Sequence record: PP793740.1
Reading direction: 5' to 3' (one strand)
DNA: 64,000 bases
Part shown: one piece after another, positions 18,249-27,262 of the stretch
How positions within the stretch are numbered: the first letter of the stretch is position 1
How the letters are laid out: the number at the start of each line of letters is the position of its first letter
The notes under the pieces: generated by a model
The model's input: only the letters and a program-made list of their open reading frames with translations
What the model was told of the DNA's origin: nothing
The model's database searches: none
Translations under genes and position numbers: made by a program

Positions 18249-18581
18249 TTAAACGAATAATAACTCCAGTACTAATACTGGAAATTTATGCCGATATTGT
18301 GGATGTACATACGTATGAAATTTATGTGTGCCTAAATGGAATTCAACGTACAGTACAATAAAATCTTTAGCTACATTTCGATCATGTACGTAAATAGTGA
18401 GTATTTCACCATCATCATCTTTCTTACGTCCATAATCAAAATAGTAATTTTTGTTATCAGCTATCCCTTCAGCATTTAATTGAATGCCCCTTACATCAAC
18501 AACATTTAAACTAGAATCTTCATTAAATAAAGATCTAGTGCTACCATGGTAAACCATTAATGGATCTAATTGAATCTGCAT
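18249..18581 (-). CDS. Hypothetical protein
   Basis: GAGGA RBS. Confidence 0.75.
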   Translation of the reverse strand: MQIQLDPLMVYHGSTRSLFNEDSSLNVVDVRGIQLNAEGIADNKNYYFDYGRKKDDDGEILTIYVHDRNVAKDFIVLYVEFHLGTHKFHTYVHPQYRHKFPVLVLELLFV

Positions 18582-18649
18582 GTGTTAGTCCTCTACTATG
18601 TAGTGAGGCACATGCCTCACTTATATTGTTTTAATTTTCATATTAATGA

Positions 18650-18997
18650 TCAATTAAAGTTAACAGTGCTATAAGCTTTGCCTAAAGCTGTAAATAGTTC
18701 TTCATTAAGTTCATCAAATTCTAACCAACCATTCATTTCACCTAAGATAGTTTTAACAATCGTAAGATTAACAATCTCAGAGCTAGGAATGATATCTCGA
18801 ATTCGCTCATGGAAATTAACTACTTGTTGAATACTTACTTTAGTATCATTGACTGAGATATCATCATCAGTTAACTTATTAATAGCCATCATCGCTATAC
18901 GTGAGAATAGATCAGTATGTTCTTCCTTAACAATTTCCCATGCTGCATTAAAGGAGTCAAGAACATCTAGATCATCAGAATTTAGTTGCTTTTGCAT
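18650..18997 (-). CDS. Hypothetical helical protein
   Basis: GAGG RBS. Confidence 0.75.
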   Translation of the reverse strand: MQKQLNSDDLDVLDSFNAAWEIVKEEHTDLFSRIAMMAINKLTDDDISVNDTKVSIQQVVNFHERIRDIIPSSEIVNLTIVKTILGEMNGWLEFDELNEELFTALGKAYSTVNFN

Positions 18998-19099
18998 TTT
19001 AACCTCTTAAACATTATAACACATATACCCCACAACATAAGTCATGGAGTATATGCCTCGAAAGGTACGTAATAGAAATACTACTACATAGTATTGTAT

Positions 19100-19570
19100 T
19101 TACTCATTAATAACAGATACTTTGTTATTCTCAGCTTTACTTTTAGCCGATAGCGCTAAATAGAGACAACTATACCAAGTGAAGTAGTCTCTTGGGAAAT
19201 AGCCCTTTAAAAAAGTAGCCATATTTTTAGCACACGCTTTATTAATATTCTTATTAATGATTTTCCTCTCATTCATTATTTTACAAGCTAACAATGAATA
19301 ATGTAGTTGATTATTAGTACTTAGGTCTTCAAGGAATAGTTCTTTCACTGCTTGTGGCTTAGAACTTAGACACATTATAATTTCTTGAACAATATAGTCA
19401 TTCGTCACTGAATGAATAAGTTCAAGATAGAGTGAAAGATTAATCGAATACAGATCTTGTTTATTATTGAAAATGTATCCATTTCTATCTAATGTAACTA
19501 ATTTCTTATATGTGGGTGACATCTTTTCATTAACTATTTTATAAAAAAGACTAATCACTAATTTAATCAT
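19100..19570 (-). CDS. Hypothetical protein
   Basis: ATGA overlap with upstream stop. Confidence 0.7.
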   Translation of the reverse strand: MIKLVISLFYKIVNEKMSPTYKKLVTLDRNGYIFNNKQDLYSINLSLYLELIHSVTNDYIVQEIIMCLSSKPQAVKELFLEDLSTNNQLHYSLLACKIMNERKIINKNINKACAKNMATFLKGYFPRDYFTWYSCLYLALSAKSKAENNKVSVINE

Positions 19571-20700
19571 TTTAATAAACTTCCATCTACTCTATAAAAA
19601 CCATGGACATCACGTTTACCATTTAGACTAGGTATCTCATATGGATCAGTTGATGGATTTATCAGTTTGATTTTGCATTTATCTAAACGATCACGCAAGC
19701 TGATATTACCAGATAATGTTAAACCACGATACTGAATATCGACATTATCTAAATCAACAATGAGCGTACTAAGCTCCCCATTTGTTAAGTATGGTACCAC
19801 AACCGAGTCAATTACTTTTGCAATTGTTTTAGCTTCAATATGTATCCAGTTTCCAATATGATTAACAATCTCTGGAAACTTATCTAGATCTAATATGATA
19901 CTATAGTCACACCTAATTTTGATAATTCCATTACTTGACCAATAATGCATTGCACTATTTATACCACCTAAATGATTCTCCATAGGTGTGAACTTTAGCC
20001 GTCCATTGAAATCTATAAGCACTTTTGAGTTATTACATGTATCAACTATTCTTGACTGATACATAAACATATTAAGTAGTTTTCTATTGATGGCCACAGT
20101 TGTACCATTAGTTAATTCAACTACGACGATATCACCATCTGCTTCATAAGACTCTACAATTAGAGTTATTGGGTTACTATCAAATTTGGAATTATTAGAT
20201 AACCCACCCATCACAATCTTGTAATTACTATTAACTGATTTAACTTGATCTATTAAAGATGGATCAATGAAATCCTTAGTGAGTGGTTTTGATGTGAAAA
20301 TTACAGCCACATTTAGATCACTATTGATTGGTGTATTTACAGGTATGTATTGTTCATTAGAGAAATAGAATAATTTAAGATCTTCTATATCAGTTAGATT
20401 AATAATATCTAATGAATTATTAGTTACTTTATACATGAATGAATCAAAATTTTGTTCAACAAAATAAATCATCCATGTCTTAGTTTCTTTGGTATAATAA
20501 CCCCATACTAAACTTCGATCATGTAATTTCCCAGATAGCATTCCTGTGAAATAACCTGACAGAATATCAATTTGATCAACATCTACATTTTCTCTGATGT
20601 ATTTATCATTTAGATTAGCTATCTTTTGTTCTAATGTATCTACCTTTTTTGGTTTGTTAAAAATATCAATAACATTTTTTAAGTACTTAAACATAATCAT
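19567..20700 (-). CDS. Hypothetical protein
   Basis: 377-codon ORF. Confidence 0.8.
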   Translation of the reverse strand: MIMFKYLKNVIDIFNKPKKVDTLEQKIANLNDKYIRENVDVDQIDILSGYFTGMLSGKLHDRSLVWGYYTKETKTWMIYFVEQNFDSFMYKVTNNSLDIINLTDIEDLKLFYFSNEQYIPVNTPINSDLNVAVIFTSKPLTKDFIDPSLIDQVKSVNSNYKIVMGGLSNNSKFDSNPITLIVESYEADGDIVVVELTNGTTVAINRKLLNMFMYQSRIVDTCNNSKVLIDFNGRLKFTPMENHLGGINSAMHYWSSNGIIKIRCDYSIILDLDKFPEIVNHIGNWIHIEAKTIAKVIDSVVVPYLTNGELSTLIVDLDNVDIQYRGLTLSGNISLRDRLDKCKIKLINPSTDPYEIPSLNGKRDVHGFYRVDGSLLK

Positions 20701-20731
20701 AAATTACCTTTTGAGTATAAACACGGAATAA

Positions 20732-20751
20732 AAGCGGTGTACACACCGCTT
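20732..20751 (-). terminator. Intrinsic terminator
   Basis: AAGCGGTG/CACCGCTT. Confidence 0.75.
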
Positions 20752-21049
20752 ATTGTTCAAATTTGATTTTGATATATCCACCACCAACATTAGGCTGCTT
20801 AGGTCTTAGCCATCCTAGATTAAGATCCATATTCAAAACAAACGTATATGCTGTTACTCCATTTTCATCATCAACACTAATGGAGTGCCATCCATCATGA
20901 TTTTGATCTTTAAGAGAATGGATTTTGGGATATAGTTGATTATGATTCAAATCAAATACTGTAACATCTCCAATTGATCTAATTGGATAACCGCGAGATC
21001 CTAAATGATGGGCTCCTCTGCGGTCCAGTGAAATAATAGCTTCGTTCAC
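20750..21049 (-). CDS. Hypothetical protein (GTG start)
   Basis: GAGG RBS, downstream of variant early promoter. Confidence 0.7.
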   Translation of the reverse strand: MNEAIISLDRRGAHHLGSRGYPIRSIGDVTVFDLNHNQLYPKIHSLKDQNHDGWHSISVDDENGVTAYTFVLNMDLNLGWLRPKQPNVGGGYIKIKFEQ

Positions 21050-21102
21050 GATAATTACCTCATGTAGATGTTTCCATTAGTATATGCTAATCTATAATGT
21101 AG

Positions 21103-21153
21103 ATCTCAAATAAAATTTAGTGCAATAGCCCTCCCCGAAGGGAGGGCTTTATG
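21103..21153. repeat. 51-bp exact direct repeat, copy 2 (includes UUCG terminator at 21128..21147)
   Basis: Identical to 5631..5681; adjacent motif reads TACATTAT instead of TATATTAC. Confidence 0.9.
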
Positions 21154-21159
21154 ACAACA

Positions 21160-21390
21160 TTACCGCTTACTCATTATCGCAGCTAGTTCAACTTTAAATA
21201 ATGCTTCTTCGACTTTACGAGAAATAGCATTTATTTGAACACGTTTATTATTTTCACGATCTAATGCAATTGTATTTTTTCGTGTACAATAATCGTGTAA
21301 ACCCAGTTGTCGCCTAACATAGAAAATAACAATTAATTTCAAAACACGAATATATCTCATAACGCGCTTGAACATTTTATAAATCCTCAA
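21160..21390 (-). CDS. Small basic hypothetical protein
   Basis: ORF in operon. Confidence 0.65.
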   Translation of the reverse strand: MRIYKMFKRVMRYIRVLKLIVIFYVRRQLGLHDYCTRKNTIALDRENNKRVQINAISRKVEEALFKVELAAIMSKR

Positions 21391-21394
21391 TAAT

Positions 21395-21586
21395 TTAAGG
21401 AATTGCTTTTAAAGCTTCTTCGCGTTCAGCTAAAAGCTTATCATATTGTATTTGTAATCGGTTAATTTCCGCACGAGTTAATTTTGTCTTAGCATTAGGT
21501 TTCAACTTATGGTTAATATCAACGGTAATACCATGGTACCTAAATAGAGCTTCCATTTTGGCTATTTTCTTTTCAATATCATCCAT
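21395..21586 (-). CDS. Small hypothetical protein
   Basis: ORF with GGA RBS. Confidence 0.7.
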   Translation of the reverse strand: MDDIEKKIAKMEALFRYHGITVDINHKLKPNAKTKLTRAEINRLQIQYDKLLAEREEALKAIP

Positions 21587-21617
21587 AGCTAAAATCCAAA
21601 AAAAATAATAATGACTA

Positions 21618-21637
21618 AGGGGACCAGAAGGTCCCCT
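21618..21637 (-). terminator. Intrinsic terminator
   Basis: AGGGGACC/GGTCCCCT. Confidence 0.8.
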
Positions 21638-21643
21638 ATATCG

Positions 21644-22120
21644 TTAGGCAGTAATAGCGCGGCGGAAGACTGAATCAAACTCTTCCTGGTATGCTTTAAT
21701 CAGCTTTGCAGTTTCTTCACAAATGGTATTATTACCATAAAATGCATCTGCAAAAGATTCTTGCTTACGTACTTCACAACCGAATAGCTCAAGACCATTT
21801 TTTGCTAGCTCAACTTTGAACTTAGCTAATTCGGTCATACCAATTGGTTTGGCCCGCCCTTCTTCGATACCATTTTCTTTTAGTTTAATATTATCACATA
21901 CACTGCAATGACGAACATCTTTTTGTTTGTTCTTACGGAAGTTAGGACTTGATTTAGTTTGTTTTGCAGCAATGTCCATAAAGGTTTCCCTAGAATTTTT
22001 ACGAACCGCAGCTTCATGATTCTTTTTAGCTCGATTTTTCTGTTTCTTCTGAACCGGCTTCGGCTGTACACCCAGCATTGAACCAAGTTCGCTCCAGGAA
22101 GAAATAGTATTGCGTGACAT
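21644..22120 (-). CDS. Lys-rich hypothetical protein (likely early)
   Basis: GGAG RBS; own promoter variant and terminator; CxxC motif. Confidence 0.8.
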   Translation of the reverse strand: MSRNTISSWSELGSMLGVQPKPVQKKQKNRAKKNHEAAVRKNSRETFMDIAAKQTKSSPNFRKNKQKDVRHCSVCDNIKLKENGIEEGRAKPIGMTELAKFKVELAKNGLELFGCEVRKQESFADAFYGNNTICEETAKLIKAYQEEFDSVFRRAITA

Positions 22121-22159
22121 GTATTAGAATCTCCTATATATGTTGATTATATCACATTT

Positions 22160-22167
22160 GTGATATA
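22160..22167 (-). promoter_or_regulatory. Variant early promoter TATATCAC overlapped by an 8-bp inverted repeat
   Basis: TTTAAACAG-TATATCAC shares its upstream context with the 6054 promoter. Confidence 0.6.
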
Positions 22168-22210
22168 CTGTTTAAAATGCTTTGAATGTATAAACCACTA
22201 TGTTGGTCAA

Positions 22211-22447
22211 TCATAGATAGAATGGTTCATGAATAACAACCCGATAACGAGTGTTATATTGGTTAATTGGAAACATATGAACAATCTTAAAATGCAGTTC
22301 AGCAACCAAATTAAAGAATTCAGCATGCATGTTATCAGTTGAAATATCAAATGAGATTGTATCATTAACTGCACAAAGTTCTGAATCAGATGCCTTTGTA
22401 ATTTCAGTTAGCCGACTGACAAACTTTTCTTGGTTAGGACTAAGCAT
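22211..22447 (-). CDS. Hypothetical protein
   Basis: Coupled to the dcd stop. Confidence 0.7.
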   Translation of the reverse strand: MLSPNQEKFVSRLTEITKASDSELCAVNDTISFDISTDNMHAEFFNLVAELHFKIVHMFPINQYNTRYRVVIHEPFYL

Positions 22448-22449
22448 TA

Positions 22450-23019
22450 TTAAAGTCTCGCTGTTGTGATACCAATTTGATTTTGATATTTACCATTACG
22501 TTTTGCATAACTAACTTCACATGGGGCATCACCTCTAAAGAACATAAACTGAGCAATACCCATATCAGCATAAATTTTTAGAGGTAGTGTAGTGCAGTTT
22601 GCAATCTCAATAACGACTTGTCCTTTGAAACCTGGTTCAATAGGAGTGACATTAACAATTGCACCTAGTCGTGCATAGGTTGATTTACCTGTGCAAATAG
22701 CTAGGACATCATCTGGAATATTAAACGATTCTACAGTATGACCAAGAATATAACTGTTAGGTGGAATAATACAATAATCACCAGTCCAATCTACTAAGAA
22801 TCCATCACTAGGGTCTAATGGGTCAATAACTGCACTTGTTACATTAGAAAAGATCTTAAAATTACGGGCTAGCCTTACATCGTACCCATATGAACTAAGC
22901 CCATAACTAATAATCTTTTTACCATCTTTTTCACGGACCTGGTGACCAATGAAATCCGTAATCATTGGTTCACGACCTTTAGATAAGTCAGTGATTGTTT
23001 TATCAGATAGAATAGCCAT
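22450..23019 (-). CDS. dcd: dCTP deaminase
   Basis: GLSSYGYDVRL, GKSTYARLG, TPIEPGFKGQVVIEI, GIAQFMFF, Y..RNGKYQNQ. Confidence 0.97.
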   Translation of the reverse strand: MAILSDKTITDLSKGREPMITDFIGHQVREKDGKKIISYGLSSYGYDVRLARNFKIFSNVTSAVIDPLDPSDGFLVDWTGDYCIIPPNSYILGHTVESFNIPDDVLAICTGKSTYARLGAIVNVTPIEPGFKGQVVIEIANCTTLPLKIYADMGIAQFMFFRGDAPCEVSYAKRNGKYQNQIGITTARL

Positions 23020-23042
23020 TTTTAACTTTTCCTGTTAAGTAA

Positions 23043-23627
23043 TCATCCCCAGAATCGGGCGATGAAGTGAACACACTCCATCTTTTTAGTTTCTTCCAGG
23101 AACTTGAAATAACCATCATCCACACCATTGCTCAAAAATAGCTGGCGATAGGTTTTTTCCGAAATGACTTCACCATTAACATCTTGATCGAACATCGTTG
23201 GCTTCTGATCATAATCGAAGTTCCAGAGGTCTTCCATATTGAAGATCATTGTAAGTGGGTACCAACCATCTTCACTATAATAGGCGTACGGTGTTAGATT
23301 GTCCTGTTTGGAATTGACAATTTGTGAAAGGCGACCTTCAAAGTTGTTCCATACTGGATGCGAGTCATCACTGACGAGTGTACCAAATCCACAGCCTTTA
23401 AGAGTCGGTCGACAGAATCGGTTGGTATACTCATTATTATCGGTTAACCAATCCCAAAGATAATAGCAACGGCTAAAGTTAAGAGCCTCGCATGTATGCA
23501 TGTCAATGAATTTAAGTACACGTGCACCATCTGAAGAACGTGTGGAACGTTTGGTAACTACAGGGAAAACATCAATACCCATTTTAATCATCCATTTAAC
23601 AGAATTTTTCTTGACCAGGGATTTCAC
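23043..23627 (-). CDS. Hypothetical protein
   Basis: Long ORF; true start probably MGIDVFPV. Confidence 0.75.
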   Translation of the reverse strand: MKSLVKKNSVKWMIKMGIDVFPVVTKRSTRSSDGARVLKFIDMHTCEALNFSRCYYLWDWLTDNNEYTNRFCRPTLKGCGFGTLVSDDSHPVWNNFEGRLSQIVNSKQDNLTPYAYYSEDGWYPLTMIFNMEDLWNFDYDQKPTMFDQDVNGEVISEKTYRQLFLSNGVDDGYFKFLEETKKMECVHFIARFWG

Positions 23628-23940
23628 CGTCCATAACCTCTAGTACCCAACGGCCAGTCATCAACTCACGTGCAACATCACATGCCGCCCCGCCAATCTT
23701 CTCAGCTACTTTGTCCAGCAGAATTGGATGATAGTTGTGATCACCCATTACTGCGAACTTGCTTTCCCGTTCTATTTCAGCAAGTAAATCAGTGTCAACC
23801 CATTCAACACGCCCATCTGGATAGACAATATTAAGACCATACCACTTACAATAGTTTTCGATGGTTACAACTGGAATGTCATAAACACCTTTAAAACACA
23901 GCGGTAACTTACGATCTGAGTAATGAATACGTTCAGTCAT
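23596..23940 (-). CDS. Hypothetical protein
   Basis: ATGA overlap with upstream stop. Confidence 0.75.
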   Translation of the reverse strand: MTERIHYSDRKLPLCFKGVYDIPVVTIENYCKWYGLNIVYPDGRVEWVDTDLLAEIERESKFAVMGDHNYHPILLDKVAEKIGGAACDVARELMTGRWVLEVMDGEIPGQEKFC

Positions 23941-24356
23941 TTGCCATTCACCAATTCAAAATAATTTTTTAGTAGATCTTCAGTTATTGGACGAGTATGT
24001 TCTTTAATCGATAATTCCTTACTGTCCATTTCAATTTCATATTCAGAAATTTGAAATTGCTTATGTGGCACTGAACCATCTAACATAATGATCACATCTG
24101 CTAAGACTTGATCCACTGCACATTGCAACAAATTATTAACTTGTTGATTATCAGTAAGTGAGTAATCATTGATGGCTTTATTACGAATGTCATATAGCCT
24201 TTTACTTAAAGGAGTATTACGTTCAATATGTTCTGTTCGCCACTCTTCTAAAATCTGTTCTGTACTTAGTTTGGATAATGACGATCCGCCAAGTTTCTTC
24301 CTAACTTCATTTTCTGAAAATGGTTTATCATGCCAGAATTGATGATCTTGTTTCAT
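23937..24356 (-). CDS. Hypothetical protein
   Basis: AAGGA RBS. Confidence 0.75.
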   Translation of the reverse strand: MKQDHQFWHDKPFSENEVRKKLGGSSLSKLSTEQILEEWRTEHIERNTPLSKRLYDIRNKAINDYSLTDNQQVNNLLQCAVDQVLADVIIMLDGSVPHKQFQISEYEIEMDSKELSIKEHTRPITEDLLKNYFELVNGK

Positions 24357-24368
24357 AGTAAATCCTTT

Positions 24369-24536
24369 TTATAATTTAGAAATAGGTTTTAATACCGTAT
24401 CTTTTTCATTGAATGGATTATAAACTTTATGCGGATTAATCATCTTTAGTTGCTCATTCTTTCTTTCTAAATAAGCATCTGATGGTTTAATTGTTTTAGT
24501 TTTCCAAAAGTCATCGATTGGTTTTAACTTATCCAT
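24369..24536 (-). CDS. Small hypothetical protein (start revised to MDKLKP)
   Basis: The upstream part of the track ORF overlaps 24553..24717. Confidence 0.55.
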   Translation of the reverse strand: MDKLKPIDDFWKTKTIKPSDAYLERKNEQLKMINPHKVYNPFNEKDTVLKPISKL

Positions 24537-24552
24537 TTCTGACTGTTCGTTA

Positions 24553-24717
24553 TCAAAAGGAGTTTCCCGATTTCTTAGTCGGGTCGAATTGAATAGGAGT
24601 CGTAAACTCCCGTCGTAATTCCTCATCTAAATTCTTCTCTTGAATTAATTTAGGAAAATGTTTTCTAACTGTTTTAATTGAAGCTATTAAATTGGAATAG
24701 GCTTTTTCTATGGACAT
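24553..24717 (-). CDS. Small hypothetical protein (54 aa, not in ORF track)
   Basis: MSIEKAYSNLIASIKTVRKHFPKLIQEKNLDEELRREFTTPIQFDPTKKSGNSF. Confidence 0.55.
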   Translation of the reverse strand: MSIEKAYSNLIASIKTVRKHFPKLIQEKNLDEELRREFTTPIQFDPTKKSGNSF

Positions 24718-24742
24718 TTTTATAACTCAAAATACATTATAA

Positions 24743-24766
24743 AGACAGTGGCTAAAACCACTGTCT
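24743..24766 (-). terminator. Intrinsic terminator
   Basis: AGACAGTGG/CCACTGTCT. Confidence 0.7.
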
Positions 24767-24877
24767 AATTATTTCCCATAATGATCCACCTATAACTGCA
24801 CTTAGAAAAAGCATTTTGAATATGGGTGGTTCTTCTTGTTCATGTTGCATGTCTGATTTATTATTTTCGCTAGCCAT
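24752..24877 (-). CDS. Small membrane peptide (41 aa, not in ORF track)
   Basis: MASENNKSDMQHEQEEPPIFKMLFLSAVIGGSLWEIIRQWF; C-terminal TM segment. Confidence 0.55.
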   Translation of the reverse strand: MASENNKSDMQHEQEEPPIFKMLFLSAVIGGSLWEIIRQWF

Positions 24878-24888
24878 TTTCTTTTACT

Positions 24889-25221
24889 CTAATGCCCACC
24901 ATATTCTCTAATTTTCTCACCATCCCAAAACTCATAACCAGTCATATTGTGATTAAATGGCTTTATTTTAGTAAACCCACTACGATAGATCCAGAAATGA
25001 CCAGTGCCTCTTTTTAAGCGGCACTTATACATTGCTTTTTTCTCATATTCCGTGGGAGGGCTAATTTCTAGAACTTCAAGTTCATCACCCCGTATACAGA
25101 ATAGCGCTGGTGGATGCTCACAAGATGCTTTCATACCGAGAACACCTGTTGACCAAACTGTATCACCTGGCTTAATAACAGTGATGTCATTTGATACAGG
25201 TATTACAGGAATTGCACACAT
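24889..25221 (-). CDS. Hypothetical protein
   Basis: Start revised to the ATG (MCAIP) behind GGAG. Confidence 0.7.
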   Translation of the reverse strand: MCAIPVIPVSNDITVIKPGDTVWSTGVLGMKASCEHPPALFCIRGDELEVLEISPPTEYEKKAMYKCRLKRGTGHFWIYRSGFTKIKPFNHNMTGYEFWDGEKIREYGGH

Positions 25222-25348
25222 ATTAGATGCTCCAGAGTAATTACCTCCAAAGAGCAAACACTGATATATTCATAGTCTGCTCTTTAGTAATATTTAAGAA
25301 GTTGGAATATTCATACTGGAGATAAACTAATGTCCATTTATACTAATC

Positions 25349-25951
25349 TCATTGTGTATAATAATTCTTTTTGAGATTATCCATATCGTAAGAATCATGT
25401 TTGAACTCAAACTTCTTAGCTATCTCACTCGAAAAAGCTTGTTTACGTTTTTCTTCTTGTTCACGGATATCGTAAGGACCATTCTCTTTAACAAGATATT
25501 TTTTATACGGCCCAGTTCCTTGGATATATCCATCAGGAATAATGGTTGTGAGATATTTAGCCTCTACCAACCGGATGCACCGTCCATAACCAACTTCATT
25601 GGCATGACGAACTTGGATTAGTTGTCTATTCTTGGCAATACGTTCAGATATGCATGGGAAGTAAACCGGATCATCTCCTTTTTTACAGTTACCCATATCA
25701 ACCTTTGCGTACAGAATTTTTCTATGATTGGCTTCGAAGAAAGCCCGAGCTTCACGAATACGTTGGGACCGAATAGCTTCCTTAGTTCTGACATTCTTTA
25801 GATGTGCAGGTTGTAAAAAAGGATTCATCTTTCGCACGTGACGTTGGATAAGTTTTGTCGTGTAATGAGGTGAATCATTAGCCATAGCCAGTAGGCTATT
25901 GTACATCTCAATCGACATGATTACTTGCTGCGGGTCATTATTGCGCTGCAT
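25349..25951 (-). CDS. Hypothetical protein, paralog of 250..633
   Basis: GGAG RBS; shared N-terminal ~85 aa pattern. Confidence 0.8.
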   Translation of the reverse strand: MQRNNDPQQVIMSIEMYNSLLAMANDSPHYTTKLIQRHVRKMNPFLQPAHLKNVRTKEAIRSQRIREARAFFEANHRKILYAKVDMGNCKKGDDPVYFPCISERIAKNRQLIQVRHANEVGYGRCIRLVEAKYLTTIIPDGYIQGTGPYKKYLVKENGPYDIREQEEKRKQAFSSEIAKKFEFKHDSYDMDNLKKNYYTQ

Positions 25952-26058
25952 GCTGATCTCCGTATGTGAAATAATGCTTTACTTTAAGGTCATCAGGATT
26001 ATAAATAACACGTTGGAATTCATGTTTCTTCGCTAGTTTAAAAGCAGCTTACTTTTCC

Positions 26059-27159
26059 TTAGAAACCTACACGACTTGCTTTGCGTGGGCTACTGCAAGA
26101 ACTAGTATTCAATGCTTCAGCTAAAGTAAGATTATTACCGACAAACTCAACTGGATCTAGACCATTAGCTAAACGAGCTGCATTCGCTTGTTCAGCAGTA
26201 AGTGTTTTGAAGGTAAGAATATCGAAAGCACGGCCAGGTCGAACTAAAGCTTCATCAACATCACGAAGAGTCGGAAGATTAGTAGAAATGATAATCTTGG
26301 TCTTAGTAGATACTAGACCAGCTGTAGCATTTAATAGCCCTGACATATTACTATTACCATCTACACGTTTAGCCACCATTTTATCAGAGTCTTCTGTAAT
26401 AATGAGTGAATTATCCTCAACACCACGAATAAAATTAGTCAAACCGGCGTGGCCAAGTACATCATCTTGATCAGCTAGATACACATTACGATCATTATAA
26501 CCACGAGCCCGAATAATCTCATTGATATAATTAGACTTACCAGTACCAGGAGGACCAATCAATAGTAGAACATTAGATTCAGATGCAGCGAATTCAGTCC
26601 AGATTTCAGCTGGAGATCGATCTAGGAATGGATACATTTCCATCATATTTGGATTGTAGTTACGAACAGAAATAACTTCACTAAAGCTATATAGTTCATT
26701 ATTTTGATAGTTAACCCGAATTCTTTTAATACTAGGTGGACGAGTCTGATCAAATACTTCTTCAAAACGTAATTTAAATACTTTGATCAGTTCTTCATTG
26801 GAGTATAATCTAAAGTTCTGACTAGTGGTACCTTCCATTCCATTCATTAGGAAACCAATGATTCCTTCATCATCTAGTAATGCAAAACCACCACTAATTC
26901 TGAATGCTTTCAGATTTAAAGGGCTTATAACTTCATCACATAGTTTGTAAATTTGTTCTTTGATGAATTCTTTTCTATCAACTCCAAAAGGATAGTGAAT
27001 ACGTAGATCTTCACTATCTGAACTAATTCCCTGTTCATTAAGAGTATAGCGATATGCATTGGAAATTGCACGGCCATTATCAACCTCCATAGCAATGGAG
27101 ATAAAACGATCAATCCACTTCTGCTGGACTAACGTAAGTTTGCTATTACGATAATTCAT
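26059..27159 (-). CDS. AAA+ ATPase (BCS1-like single AAA module)
   Basis: Walker A GPPGTGKS, Walker B-like IITED, sensor STN, DEALVRPGR arginine finger. Confidence 0.93.
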   Translation of the reverse strand: MNYRNSKLTLVQQKWIDRFISIAMEVDNGRAISNAYRYTLNEQGISSDSEDLRIHYPFGVDRKEFIKEQIYKLCDEVISPLNLKAFRISGGFALLDDEGIIGFLMNGMEGTTSQNFRLYSNEELIKVFKLRFEEVFDQTRPPSIKRIRVNYQNNELYSFSEVISVRNYNPNMMEMYPFLDRSPAEIWTEFAASESNVLLLIGPPGTGKSNYINEIIRARGYNDRNVYLADQDDVLGHAGLTNFIRGVEDNSLIITEDSDKMVAKRVDGNSNMSGLLNATAGLVSTKTKIIISTNLPTLRDVDEALVRPGRAFDILTFKTLTAEQANAARLANGLDPVEFVGNNLTLAEALNTSSCSSPRKASRVGF

Positions 27160-27204
27160 TTGATGTTCCTTTTCTAATTGATAATCTAATTTGAGACGAT
27201 ATAA

Positions 27205-27226
27205 ACCCTCCTACTAAGAGGAGGGT
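27205..27226 (-). terminator. Intrinsic terminator
   Basis: ACCCTCCT/AGGAGGGT. Confidence 0.8.
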
Positions 27227-27262
27227 TTATTTTGGCTATTATAACTAATTCATTTGAGAAAA

